DNA of 64,000 nt, taken from positions 7,175-71,174 of the forward strand of contig JAVCDC010000145.1 of the NCBI GenBank assembly GCA_030765135.1. Direction: 5' to 3'. A program made the position numbers and the translations under genes. The notes beneath the pieces are model-generated. The model was given only the letters and a program-made list of their open reading frames with translations. It did not search any database and was not told the DNA's origin. Shown one piece after another: positions 39,783-49,209 of this stretch (the first letter of the stretch is position 1; each line of letters begins with the position of its first letter). Source of the DNA: Candidatus Tritonobacter lacicola (lineage in GTDB: Bacteria > Auribacterota > Tritonobacteria > Tritonobacterales > Tritonobacteraceae).

Positions 39783-40079
39783 TCATGAATTCGATGCAAT
39801 AAAATTGCATGTGCTTGATAGCTTGCCTCGAATCAGCAGCAGTTTCTTTCTCCTGCTCAGGCCTTTAAGACTGGATTCCCTTTTCAAGGCCGATGATCTA
39901 TCCGGAAACTCCTCGACATACATAAGACTTACAGGCCTCCTGCCCCTGGTGTAGCGGCAGCCTCTACCGCGGTTGTGCTCCGAGATTCTCTGCTCAAGGT
40001 TGTTCGTGATACCGGTGTAGAGAGTTCCGTCCCTGCATTTAACTATGTAAACGAACCAGATTTTTTTCATGGACACCAT
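39783..40079 (-). CDS. GIY-YIG nuclease family protein
   Basis: VYIVKCRDGTLYTGIT, HNRG, YTRGRRPV, ALKRE. Confidence 0.92.
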   Translation of the reverse strand: MVSMKKIWFVYIVKCRDGTLYTGITNNLEQRISEHNRGRGCRYTRGRRPVSLMYVEEFPDRSSALKRESSLKGLSRRKKLLLIRGKLSSTCNFIASNS

Positions 40080-40233
40080 TATAAGGACTCAACCAGGAGA
40101 TATCGTGATGATAAGGTCAAATCATGAATACAAATACCGCCTGCAGAGGAATCCGCTCGTGACCCTTACGAGATTGTTGGATTCGCGAATTAACAACACT
40201 TGACCCAGGCCCCGCGCGATTTCCACATTCCCC

Positions 40234-41160
40234 TCAATACTCCAGGAACATCACTATGATTCTCGCCATTTCGTGGGGAAACTGGTACATCGCTCCATGG
40301 CCCCCGCCTTCTATTCTCACCAGCCAGGAGCCCGGGACCTTCCTTGCAATGATCAGGGAATTTCTTGCCGGGATCACGATATCCTCCGTACCCGTGATCA
40401 ACAGAAGCTTCGCCTTGATGTCGCCCAACCTGTGGTATGTGCCATGGGCGGTCCACCAGTCGATCGCTTTTATTTCCTGAGCCAATTGCTCCGCCGTCAA
40501 TGGAGTGTCGGTGACGGGGAATCGCTCCTCGAATTCCGGATGTTTCTCCAGCCATTTTTCAGGGACCAGCCATTGAATGGTCTTCTTTCTCGCGGCTACG
40601 TTGTCCGTCGATATGTTAAAAGATCGCGCCGCCTTATTACCCGAAGTGAAGACCTCTGCCTCTTCCACAAAATCCCGCAGCGGCGGCATTATTTCGTGAA
40701 ACACCCCTCCGCACTCGGTGGCGTACAACACCAGATGGTCGACTTTCTCGGGATAGTGGAGAGCGAACAACTGGGCTATGAACGTCCCCATCGACCATCC
40801 CAGGACATGAGCCTTTTCGATCTTGAGGGCGTCCAGTAGATGCGAGGCGTCTTCTATCGAGTGCTTGAAGGAGAATTCGGAATCCTTCGGCGCTCGCGTG
40901 GCACCCATGCCCCTGTAATCGAAGAGTATGACCTTGTATTTCCGGGATAGATCATGAATGAATTCCGGGTCCCAAGTGGGCATCGTGACGCTGAAACCGT
41001 TGAATATGAGCAAGGGCTCGCCCTCTCCTATCACTTTATATGCAATTTCAACTTTTCCGGTTTTCGCATACTCCGTTTTGATCTCCCTTAAACTGAAAGC
41101 TCCCGCAAGGGAGGGAGCGACGAATAACAGCATGAGAACCAGATATATCTTTTTCATCAA
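40234..41160 (-). CDS. Exported alpha/beta hydrolase
   Basis: DYRGMG, GWSMG, GTED, GGH; signal peptide. Confidence 0.9.
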   Translation of the reverse strand: MMKKIYLVLMLLFVAPSLAGAFSLREIKTEYAKTGKVEIAYKVIGEGEPLLIFNGFSVTMPTWDPEFIHDLSRKYKVILFDYRGMGATRAPKDSEFSFKHSIEDASHLLDALKIEKAHVLGWSMGTFIAQLFALHYPEKVDHLVLYATECGGVFHEIMPPLRDFVEEAEVFTSGNKAARSFNISTDNVAARKKTIQWLVPEKWLEKHPEFEERFPVTDTPLTAEQLAQEIKAIDWWTAHGTYHRLGDIKAKLLLITGTEDIVIPARNSLIIARKVPGSWLVRIEGGGHGAMYQFPHEMARIIVMFLEY

Positions 41161-41247
41161 TCATTCCTCCATCACGTGAAGTAGGACACGGCACACGCAC
41201 GATGATAGCACAATTATTGGGGGATTTATTAATCGAAAAACCCGACC

Positions 41248-41277
41248 TGAAAAGGCCCCCACAAGAGGGCCTTTTCA
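41248..41277. terminator. Intrinsic terminator hairpin after the ars-like operon
   Basis: tgaaaaggccc-loop-gggccttttca. Confidence 0.7.
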
Positions 41278-41299
41278 AGCTTGGTTCCCTGCCGGGGAA

Positions 41300-41629
41300 T
41301 CATTTAGGGCAGCACTGGATATTTTCCCGTATCAGTTTCTTATAATCCCCGAGGGCGTCGTGGACCCAGCAGTCATCGGAGCCGGCGCTCTCCCGGAAAG
41401 TAAGAGCCATAATGTAGGCGATCTCCTTCAATGTCGCGCCCGCCTCCAGTGCCCCTTTGAAATGCTTTTTCACGCAGGGGGCGGACCGGTTCTTGATCGA
41501 TAGGGCCAGGCAGATGAACTGGTAGGTCTTTTCTTCGATGCTCCGCTTCTCCCGGTATAGCTCGTCGATTTCGTCGAACTTCCCTGCAAACTCCGGAAAA
41601 TATTCCGCAAGCAGCCTCATAATCTGCAC
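41300..41629 (-). CDS. Carboxymuconolactone decarboxylase (AhpD-like) family protein
   Basis: CVKKHFKGALEAGATLKEI. Confidence 0.8.
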   Translation of the reverse strand: MQIMRLLAEYFPEFAGKFDEIDELYREKRSIEEKTYQFICLALSIKNRSAPCVKKHFKGALEAGATLKEIAYIMALTFRESAGSDDCWVHDALGDYKKLIRENIQCCPK

Positions 41630-41698
41630 CTCCTTTGAGTTTTTATTGCTTTCGTTATCTTTCAGGGCAATCTATCACCCATCCACAGCGTTTCATTA

Positions 41699-42394
41699 CT
41701 ACGCAATATAAATCATGTATAAGCCGCCTATGATGATCAGAACACCGCAAGCCTTTTTCAGCATGAGCGCCCCGCGGGAACGCTCATTCCAATTCAAGTA
41801 ATGCTGAACCCCCTCGGCGAAGGTGCCGGCTGCAACGATCACCGAGCAATGGCCGATACCATAAACGAGCAAAAGCGACAAGCCGTAAAGGAGATTCGTT
41901 GCGGCCAGCTTGAACGTCACGGCAAGCATAGGGGCCATGTAAGCGAACGTGCAGGGGCCGAGAGCGATCCCGAACACGAGCCCGAGAATGAAAGCGGCTA
42001 AAAGCCCCTTGCGCTTCATCCCCACTCGCCCGGGGCCGGACCACGGCATGGGGAAGATGCCAAGGAGATGCAACCCGATCACGAGGAATATCACCGCGAC
42101 AAAATAGTTGCCGAATCTCCCCACGTCACCAATCATTCTCCCCGCGGCGGCGGTCAACGCTCCGATCATCCCGATGGTCATCAGGATTCCAACCGCGAAG
42201 AGCAGCGAGAGGATAAACGCACGCCGCATGGATATGCGACCCTGCTCGTCAATGAAACCGACGATAAGAGGTATGCTCGCCAGGTGGCAGGGGCTGAGGA
42301 TGATGCTGAACACCCCCCAGATAAACGAGGCTCCCAGGGCGACAAGCGGCGTTCCCTCGATAGCACGTGATAAAGCAGCTAACATATCGCTCAT
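41699..42394 (-). CDS. ccdA: Cytochrome c biogenesis CcdA/DsbD transmembrane protein
   Basis: LSPCHLASIPL and GPCT redox cysteines; 6 TM. Confidence 0.88.
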   Translation of the reverse strand: MSDMLAALSRAIEGTPLVALGASFIWGVFSIILSPCHLASIPLIVGFIDEQGRISMRRAFILSLLFAVGILMTIGMIGALTAAAGRMIGDVGRFGNYFVAVIFLVIGLHLLGIFPMPWSGPGRVGMKRKGLLAAFILGLVFGIALGPCTFAYMAPMLAVTFKLAATNLLYGLSLLLVYGIGHCSVIVAAGTFAEGVQHYLNWNERSRGALMLKKACGVLIIIGGLYMIYIA

Positions 42395-42400
42395 TCTTCG

Positions 42401-42850
42401 CTATTTCTCCCGAGGCTTTTCAACCTTGACGCCGAAACGCCTGAAGGTCCCCAGGATATCCTCTTTTCCCATGAACCCTTCGTGACGGGTGAGTTCTCTC
42501 CCGCTCGCATCGTAGAAGATCTGCGTGGGGATGAGGCGAATGCCGTATTTAGGGCCTGCGGCCCTGTCCTTCCACACATCGATGAACTCGACATCGATAA
42601 CACCATGGTATTCCTTCTTGATCTCTTCGAGTATCGGGGCCATCTTCTTGCAGGGGATGCACTTCCCGGCCCCGAGGTCGAGCAGCTTCGGAAGCACACG
42701 ACTGTGACCAACCTCCCGAGAAGCAGCCGCTTCTGTTCTGTTCACCGAGCCCCCGGTGTGCGGAGTACGGTCTTTCTCCTTCAGCAGTATAAGACCCGCC
42801 GCGACAGCGAGTACCGCTGCAGACACGGCGAACTTTATGAATCTGCTCAT
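42401..42850 (-). CDS. Membrane-anchored thioredoxin family protein
   Basis: DLGAGKCIPCKKM, IPTQIF, RHEGF. Confidence 0.9.
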   Translation of the reverse strand: MSRFIKFAVSAAVLAVAAGLILLKEKDRTPHTGGSVNRTEAAASREVGHSRVLPKLLDLGAGKCIPCKKMAPILEEIKKEYHGVIDVEFIDVWKDRAAGPKYGIRLIPTQIFYDASGRELTRHEGFMGKEDILGTFRRFGVKVEKPREK

Positions 42851-42854
42851 CCTC

Positions 42855-43091
42855 TCACCCGATCAGCGCCTTGACCTCCGCGACGGAGGGGACCTTTCCG
42901 ACGATCTTCACGTCACCGTCCACTACCACCGCCGGCGTGAGCATCACCCCGTAGTCGGCGATGGCCTTGAGGTCCTTCACCTCAACCACCTCGGCTTCTT
43001 TGCCCAATTCGGAGAGAGCCGCCTTGACGTTCTCTCTGGTCTTATGACATTTCGGGCATCCAATCCCTAAAACCTCGATCTTCATAATCAT
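42855..43091 (-). CDS. Small redox-active disulfide protein (Thioredoxin_3/MTH895-like)
   Basis: KIEVLGIGCPKC, YGVMLTPA. Confidence 0.9.
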   Translation of the reverse strand: MIMKIEVLGIGCPKCHKTRENVKAALSELGKEAEVVEVKDLKAIADYGVMLTPAVVVDGDVKIVGKVPSVAEVKALIG

Positions 43092-43144
43092 CCTCCTTTA
43101 GAACTTAGCCCTCACTTCGTTCGGGCAACTTTAATCATTTTTTT

Positions 43145-43242
43145 GACAGGATTAACAAGATCTACAGGATTTTAGGAAGCAAATGCTTTAACTTTAAAAC
43201 TAACCGCATTTTTTCTATCCTGTTAATCCTGTATATCCTGTC
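43145..43242. repeat. MITE-like element with inverted arms made of 9-nt ACAGGAT-type units
   Basis: gacaggattaacaagatctacaggat ... atcctgttaatcctgtatatcctgtc. Confidence 0.75.
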
Positions 43243-43278
43243 TAATAACTTTTAAATTCCTATACAGAAATTTGACTT

Positions 43279-44454
43279 CTATCCCCAGACAATTCCAAAT
43301 ATATACCCGCTGATGGTCGCCATCACCACCACCAGGGATATGAAAACCAGTGTCTTCTTCGTCCCCATCACGCTCCTGATCACCAGCATATTCGGGAGGC
43401 TCAGAGCCGGTCCTGCCAGCAGCAGGGCCAGAGCAGGTCCCTTCCCCATTCCCGCCCCGATCAGTCCCTGGAGAATAGGGACCTCGGTCAGCGTGGCAAA
43501 GTACATCAATGCGCCGGCGAATGAAGCGAAGAAATTGGAAAAGAGTGAATTTCCGCCCACCAGGCCGGCTACCCATGTAGAAGGGATAAGACCTTCATGC
43601 CCGGGACGGCCGAGGAGCACACCCGCCACCAAAACCCCGATGAAGAGGAGCGGGAGAATCTGCTTGGCAAACGTCCAGGTGGAAGCGGTCCAGTCCTTCA
43701 ACTCGTCCTTCTTGAACCATGCGATCAACATCCAGATCAGAGAAGCAAGAAAGAGTCCGGTCAGTACCCACTTGATCTTGAATATGAATACCCAGAAGCC
43801 GCCTTCTCCCTTTGCCGCGCCGCTCCAGTTGGCGAAGACTAAAATACCCACCATCGCGGCGAAGTAGAGGCCGTTCTTCCAGAGGGGGCGGGCTTCTTCT
43901 TCCCCGCCGGCGGCAAGGTCACCCGCATTATTTGCCTTTTCGCGTTCTTCCTTGAGAAAGATGAAGTGCATCATCAAACCGATGACGACGCTGAAGACTA
44001 CGGCTCCGACCGCCCGGGCGATGCCGAGCTCCATTCCGAGGACCCGGGCTGTGAGGATGATGGCCAGGACGTTAATGGCCGGACCGGAGTACAGAAAGGC
44101 TGTCGCCGGTCCGATCCCCGCCCCCCTTTTATAGATTCCCGAGAAAATGGGTAGAACCGTGCATGAACAGACGGCGAGGATCGTTCCGGAGATCGAGGCC
44201 ACACTGTAGGCGAGGACCTTGTTCGCATTCGCTCCGAAGTACTTGATCACGGCCTGCTGATTGACAAATACCGATATCCCCCCCGCAATGAAGAACGCGG
44301 GCACAAGGCAGAGCAGCACGTGCTCCCGGGCGTACTCCTGGAGCATGAGCAATGCTTCCTTGATCGGCCCTTCGAAAGGCAGTGTGCCGAACGGAAGGAA
44401 GTAGGCCAGCAGAAACACGACCAGGATTATAAAAAACGTTGCCCACTGCTTCAC
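43279..44454 (-). CDS. ArsP/DUF318 family permease
   Basis: LAVCSCTVLP, GPAIN, MYFATLTEVP, GPALSLP. Confidence 0.92.
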   Translation of the reverse strand: MKQWATFFIILVVFLLAYFLPFGTLPFEGPIKEALLMLQEYAREHVLLCLVPAFFIAGGISVFVNQQAVIKYFGANANKVLAYSVASISGTILAVCSCTVLPIFSGIYKRGAGIGPATAFLYSGPAINVLAIILTARVLGMELGIARAVGAVVFSVVIGLMMHFIFLKEEREKANNAGDLAAGGEEEARPLWKNGLYFAAMVGILVFANWSGAAKGEGGFWVFIFKIKWVLTGLFLASLIWMLIAWFKKDELKDWTASTWTFAKQILPLLFIGVLVAGVLLGRPGHEGLIPSTWVAGLVGGNSLFSNFFASFAGALMYFATLTEVPILQGLIGAGMGKGPALALLLAGPALSLPNMLVIRSVMGTKKTLVFISLVVVMATISGYIFGIVWG

Positions 44455-44523
44455 GACTTTCTCCTACATATCCTTATATCATAATATATCTATGTATTAG
44501 CCGAAAAAAATGAGGACCAGCAC

Positions 44524-44868
44524 CTATGTTGTCGTGCAAATCTCGTCCCGGCTGACCACGTAAGCTTGCTCTCTGTCCTCAATGATCCGGGGGTCTTCAT
44601 TCCCCCATCTTCTCAGTCCGGTCATAATAGTAGCGACGATGTCGTCCGTGCTCTGAACGAGTGCGTAGTTGACCCACAAACCGTCTTTTTCATCGTTGAT
44701 GAAACCCGCGTCTCTCAAGATGCTCAAGTGGCGCGAGACGCTTGATTGAGCGATCCCCAGAATGTGCGTCACCTCGCACACGCACATCGGTTTCGCCTCC
44801 AGCATCTTCAGAATACGGATGCGGTTCCGGTCGGACAGTGCCTTAAATACTTTTTCCAATCTTCTCAT
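44524..44868 (-). CDS. arsR: ArsR/SmtB family metalloregulator
   Basis: FKALSDRNRIRI, MCVCEV, SRHLSILR. Confidence 0.93.
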   Translation of the reverse strand: MRRLEKVFKALSDRNRIRILKMLEAKPMCVCEVTHILGIAQSSVSRHLSILRDAGFINDEKDGLWVNYALVQSTDDIVATIMTGLRRWGNEDPRIIEDREQAYVVSRDEICTTT

Positions 44869-44898
44869 GGCTTCTTATATATATCGAGATCTACCTAT

Positions 44899-44926
44899 AT
44901 ATTACCATAGTGATATCTTTTGTCAA
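44899..44926 (-). promoter_or_regulatory. arsR promoter
   Basis: Minus strand TTGACA-16 nt-TAATAT with extended TG; adjacent imperfect ATATA..TATAT palindrome. Confidence 0.5.
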
Positions 44927-45012
44927 GATCTAGGCATATTTTATTTTACCTGGGCGGGACTCCCCTCGGCAGTCCAGCAAAGCTCCCTTCGACAAGCTCC
45001 GGATCTCCGACA

Positions 45013-45264
45013 GTACCAAAATAGAAAGGCCTAACACAGGCAAATCCCGGCCGTCGCGGCTCTATCGGAACCCCATTTGCCTTGCGATAGAGTGGAAAAG
45101 AGCCCTTGCCATCGCCTACCGTGATCGAGAGGATGCTCAGGAAACTCGTCAATTTGCCCCAGGCGGAGCAAAAGCGGAGATTGAAGAAAATATTGGAACA
45201 AGCTGTCCCAGAAGAAAGAGTGGCCTCATCAAAAGCTACCCATTCACCATCCATCAAAGCGTAG
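45013..45264 (+). pseudogene. Relic of an MGE-associated HTH gene, homologous to 62241-62425
   Basis: GKSRPSRLYRNPICLAIEW versus GKSKPPRLYWNPISLASER; no start codon. Confidence 0.6.
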
Positions 45265-45404
45265 CGGCTTCCTATCGTACCCGCCGCCTTTAGCGCCTTA
45301 TCTTAATAATGCCATCGCTAACCGCCCGACAACATCTTTCTAATTGACGCAACGACTGGCCAAGGCAATAATTAAGACAAAATCCCTAAACAAAGGAGGG
45401 GGCT

Positions 45405-45902
45405 ATGAGAGGATTGATTTGTTGTGTGAGTATGTTTTTGCTTTTGGCAACGGCATATGCGGCCGACGACATTCAGGGAAAGATAACCGCCATTGACATC
45501 GAGGGGCGTACCATTGAGATCTCCGGCGTGAAAATCATCGCCAAGAACGCGAAAATAGAAAACCTGAACGATACAATATGCACTCTCGCTGATCTGAAAG
45601 TGGGGGACAGCGTGGACGTCGACGGGATCTTCTCCGGGCCGGGCGAGATGACGGCAACGAAGATCGAGCAGGAAGGCGTTGTACAGGACCAGATCGAAGG
45701 GAGTCTGGAGGCAGTTGACAGCGCGGCGCGCACCCTGACGATCAGCGGCATCAAGGTTAAAGTCCCCGCAGGCGCCTTCCTGGAAGGAAAGAAAGACATG
45801 CCGATCACGCTGGAGCAACTAACTATCGGAACTCGCGTTGAATGCGAAGGGACATGGACAGGCTCCAGAGAGTTAACCGCCAGCAAGGTTGAGGTAGATT
45901 AA
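45405..45902 (+). CDS. Secreted protein with two DUF5666-like OB-type repeats
   Basis: Signal peptide; duplicated G.I.A.D...RT..ISG.K...L.VG..V...G..E.TA.K.E unit. Confidence 0.8.
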   Translation: MRGLICCVSMFLLLATAYAADDIQGKITAIDIEGRTIEISGVKIIAKNAKIENLNDTICTLADLKVGDSVDVDGIFSGPGEMTATKIEQEGVVQDQIEGSLEAVDSAARTLTISGIKVKVPAGAFLEGKKDMPITLEQLTIGTRVECEGTWTGSRELTASKVEVD

Positions 45903-45936
45903 ACTCTCCATTCCATATTTAAATTCGGCATTTATA

Positions 45937-45978
45937 AAAAATAAAGAAGGCCCCCTATATGGGCCTTCTTTATTTTTT
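45937..45978. terminator. Bidirectional intrinsic terminator
   Basis: aaaaaataaagaaggccc-loop-gggccttctttatttttt. Confidence 0.8.
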
Positions 45979-45979
45979 T

Positions 45980-45999
45980 TGGCTCCACGGGCTGGACTC
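45980..45999 (-). other. Displaced tRNA 3' end (tRNA-Asn-like), candidate att site
   Basis: Minus strand GAGTCCAGCCCGTGGAGCCA = T-arm 3' half, acceptor strand, G73, CCA; no 5' half present. Confidence 0.6.
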
Positions 46000-46045
46000 C
46001 CTCCGGCAAGTTCAGGATAAACTCACCTGCGTTATAGTATCTCGA

Positions 46046-46642
46046 TCAGTCCAGAAAAGGCACTTTATAAAGGGCGCAACCTGGACTCCCGTCAAGTGTT
46101 GGCTCGGTAACCTCGTCTACAATGACTCCGACGATCTTGATCGGGTCCTCAGACTCAACACGCGAAGAAGCTGAAACGCCGTCCCTCTTATTGGTTTCGG
46201 CTCGTTGCCTCACTGGTGGGGGCGAAGGGCGTAACCCGAGCACTGTTGTAACCAAATCTGAATAATGGCGATCGTAGGCTGCGGGTGTGCTTAGATCAAT
46301 ATAGTACTTACCCTTGAGCCATGAGGGAGATGCTTCTTTCCAAGTGCCTTTCGCAAGTATTGGAATGAACTTTCTATGGTTCTTCTTTGTGTGCACCTCC
46401 GCAGTCATGATATCACCCTCGTATCCGACGCCACCATCACGTTGGTCTGACTTCAAACAGTATCGTGGGGTACATACTATTAGGACATAGTCGTTCTCTC
46501 GAATTTCCCTCTCCATGAATGTTGGAAGTTGATCACCTGGCACAACATGCCACTGATCGAGAATGGATTCGACTCCGTCTTTGCGAAGCTGAATAGCCAA
46601 ATCAGCGACCCACCGCTTATGATCATCATCATCCCAGGAATA
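46046..46642 (-). pseudogene. TIR/SEFIR domain gene fragment
   Basis: YSWDDDDHKRWVADLAIQLRKDG...GGVGYEG...YIDLS; in-frame TGA four codons before YSW. Confidence 0.75.
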
Positions 46643-46766
46643 GTGATTCTTTCACCACCCCGATCCCGCGTTCAAGCATCAGTTCTGCGATAGCCTCGCC
46701 ATCCAACAACAGTATGGTTATGGCGCCTTTCTTGTAGGAGGCTTCCTCGGCTTCCTTTGTGAATCG

Positions 46767-46809
46767 GCTGGTGGTCAGGGAGCACGTCATAGAATGATTG
46801 AACTATTTT
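46767..46809 (+). repeat. 43-bp direct repeat, copy 1
   Basis: Identical to 58600-58642. Confidence 0.95.
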
Positions 46810-46981
46810 CAATATATCGAGTTGGCGAGCAACCGATCTATTGCCAAGGAACAAGGAGAGATTGGAAATTGCGTAAACCCTGTGTATAGTTACCGGAGAG
46901 AGAAGATCTCTATAATTGTAGAGGGCTGGGGCAGGAGGTAATCGTAATACCTCACTGGACGTTACAACTCCTTACGATAGC

Positions 46982-47089
46982 ACCATGGTCCTCGTCCCGG
47001 TTCTGTACGCGACGTTCTACCGTATCCCGTCGCCGCACCCGGAGGATCGAGCCCCGTCCCGCGCCGATGACGAGAGCGAGGAAGGCTAA
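46982..47089 (+). pseudogene. Orphan 3' tail of an RND permease gene
   Basis: Reads TMVLVPVLYATFYRIPSP...EEG*, like the last TM helix of AcrB-family proteins. Confidence 0.5.
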
Positions 47090-47142
47090 ACAACTAGAAC
47101 CGTTGTAAAACAAGCGGGGCAATCCGTGAGTTCTCGGAAGAT

Positions 47143-49038
47143 GTGACGCGCCGGGTTGAGGCAGCGGTGATAGAAAAGACCGGGAAGTATCTTAATCCCG
47201 CGCCGATCATGATGGAGCTGAGCGCGCGCATCACCGAAGCGGGAGTCCTTTCCCTGGCGGACAGTGACCATCTGGAGGCGTATGCCATCGAGGTGATGAA
47301 GGGCTACCCGCAGTTGACGATGTTCAACATAGGGGATGAACAGGGGAACTTCCTGATGCCCAAGAGGCTTCCCGACGGCACGTTCGCGACAAAGATCATC
47401 GATCGCACCGTTACGCCGCCGACCGTTACCTGGAAATACCGTGACGAAAAGGGTGAAATAACAGGGATTGAGACCTCGACGGATGTCCAGTACGACCCGC
47501 GCGTTCGCCAATGGTACGTGGGGGCGAAGGAAGCGGGAAAGGCCTGCTGGACACCCCTCTATATCTTTTTTACCGATGGGATGCCTGGCATCACGGCGGC
47601 CTGTCCTGTATATGGCAGCGACGGCAAACTCATCGGCGTCTTCGGCGCGGATATAGAGCTGAGCGACCTATCGGAGTTCCTCCGGGGGCTCAAGATAGGG
47701 AAGACGGGCGTCGCAGTAATCATCAATGAGAAGAACGAGATTGTTGCCTGCCCGGATGTGTCCCGCGTTGTTACACGAGATGGTAACGGTGAATTGCGTC
47801 ATGCGCTGATTGATGAGCTGGGAGTAGGGTGGGTGACGGCGGCTTTCAAGGAATATGCGCGGCGCGGGGCCACGAGTTTCGCTTTCACGCATGAAGGAGA
47901 TAGGTACAATGCGTCCTTCAAGCGTTTCCCGGATTACTTCGGACGGGACTGGACGCTCGGCATTGTCGTGCCGGAGAGCGACTTCATAGGCTCTATTATC
48001 GAGGCACACAAGAACATCCTTGTGATCACGGGCCTTATTCTACTGTTGGCTGTTTTCATCGCCGTTCTCATCTCGCGCAGCATATCAGGGCCTATCGTGC
48101 GGCTTGCCGAAGAAACGGAAAAGATCAAGAGTCTCCATCTCGACGAGGAGATTGATATACGCTCCCCCGTAAAAGAGATCCAGCTGATGAGCAACGCGCT
48201 CTCCTCCATGAAGACGGGCTTGAAGGCCTTCGAGAGGTACGTGCCGGCTGCGCTTGTTCGCCAGCTCATCCGGACGGGCGAGGAGGCCCGCATAGGAGGA
48301 CGGAAGAAGGAGCTCACCATTTTTTTCTCGGATATAGCAGGTTTTACGACGATCTCGGAGGGGCTGTCCCCGGAAGAACTCATGGTCCGGCTCTCCGAGT
48401 ACCTCGACAAGCTCACGAAGATCGTGATGGAGCAGAACGGGACGGTCGACAAATACATCGGCGACGCGATCATGGCATTCTGGGGAGCCCCGCTCGAGGA
48501 TGACGACCATGCCTTGCACGCCTGCCGGGCCGCACTACTCTGCCAAAGGAAGGTGCGGGAGCTGACCGAGAGTTGGGAGCGGGAGGGAAAGGGTGCGTTT
48601 CCGACTCGTATTGGTATTCACACGGGAGAAACCATCGTGGGGAACATGGGCTCGCGGGAGCGGATGAACTACTCCGCCATCGGCGACAGCGTGAACGTGG
48701 CCAGCCGTCTTGAGGGGATCAACAAGGTATACGGCACAGGGGTGGTTGTAAGCCATGCGACGTACGAGAAAGTCGCCGGCGCGTTCGTCTTCAGGCCCCT
48801 CGACATGGTCACGGTGCGGGGGAAAAAGCAAGAGATCATGATATACGAGCTGATCGGCGAAAAGGGCGAGGACCTCGATCCACGGATACTGGAACTGTGC
48901 GAGGTGTTTACACTGGGTGTTGATGCCTACCTGAGGGGAGACCGTGAAGAGGCGGTGAGGATCTTTACCGATATTCGAGAAAGGTTCCCCGCCGACAAGG
49001 CGACAGCGATCTATCTCGATAGACTGGGTGTATCGTGA
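47143..49038 (+). CDS. Adenylate/guanylate cyclase (dCache + HAMP + class III), apparently 5'-truncated
   Basis: YDPRVRQWY, FSDIAGFT, DKYIGDAIMAFWGAP, GDSVNVASRLEG; only one TM; in-frame TAG upstream. Confidence 0.88.
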   Translation: MTRRVEAAVIEKTGKYLNPAPIMMELSARITEAGVLSLADSDHLEAYAIEVMKGYPQLTMFNIGDEQGNFLMPKRLPDGTFATKIIDRTVTPPTVTWKYRDEKGEITGIETSTDVQYDPRVRQWYVGAKEAGKACWTPLYIFFTDGMPGITAACPVYGSDGKLIGVFGADIELSDLSEFLRGLKIGKTGVAVIINEKNEIVACPDVSRVVTRDGNGELRHALIDELGVGWVTAAFKEYARRGATSFAFTHEGDRYNASFKRFPDYFGRDWTLGIVVPESDFIGSIIEAHKNILVITGLILLLAVFIAVLISRSISGPIVRLAEETEKIKSLHLDEEIDIRSPVKEIQLMSNALSSMKTGLKAFERYVPAALVRQLIRTGEEARIGGRKKELTIFFSDIAGFTTISEGLSPEELMVRLSEYLDKLTKIVMEQNGTVDKYIGDAIMAFWGAPLEDDDHALHACRAALLCQRKVRELTESWEREGKGAFPTRIGIHTGETIVGNMGSRERMNYSAIGDSVNVASRLEGINKVYGTGVVVSHATYEKVAGAFVFRPLDMVTVRGKKQEIMIYELIGEKGEDLDPRILELCEVFTLGVDAYLRGDREEAVRIFTDIRERFPADKATAIYLDRLGVS

Positions 49039-49209
49039 CAGGCTCCCACGTTGCCCCTATGTACGCAAACTTCGAAGGGAAATTCACTCTCATTTAACAA
49101 TTAATAGCGGGCGGCAATTGAACTGAAGTACACTATTCGTACTGGAACCCATGCAAAACGAAACCAGGCGCGGGCGGCTTGCCTTCGCCACAGACGCGGG
49201 AGATATCTG

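Noticed and set aside
41300-44868. ArsR-permease-thioredoxin-CcdA operon as a novel system, or as selenoprotein-encoding
   Set aside because: Familiar arrangement in anaerobes; CxxC motifs are ordinary Cys with no in-frame TGA
45980-46060. Intact tRNA gene
   Set aside because: Only the last 20 nt are tRNA-like; no D-arm or 5' acceptor strand
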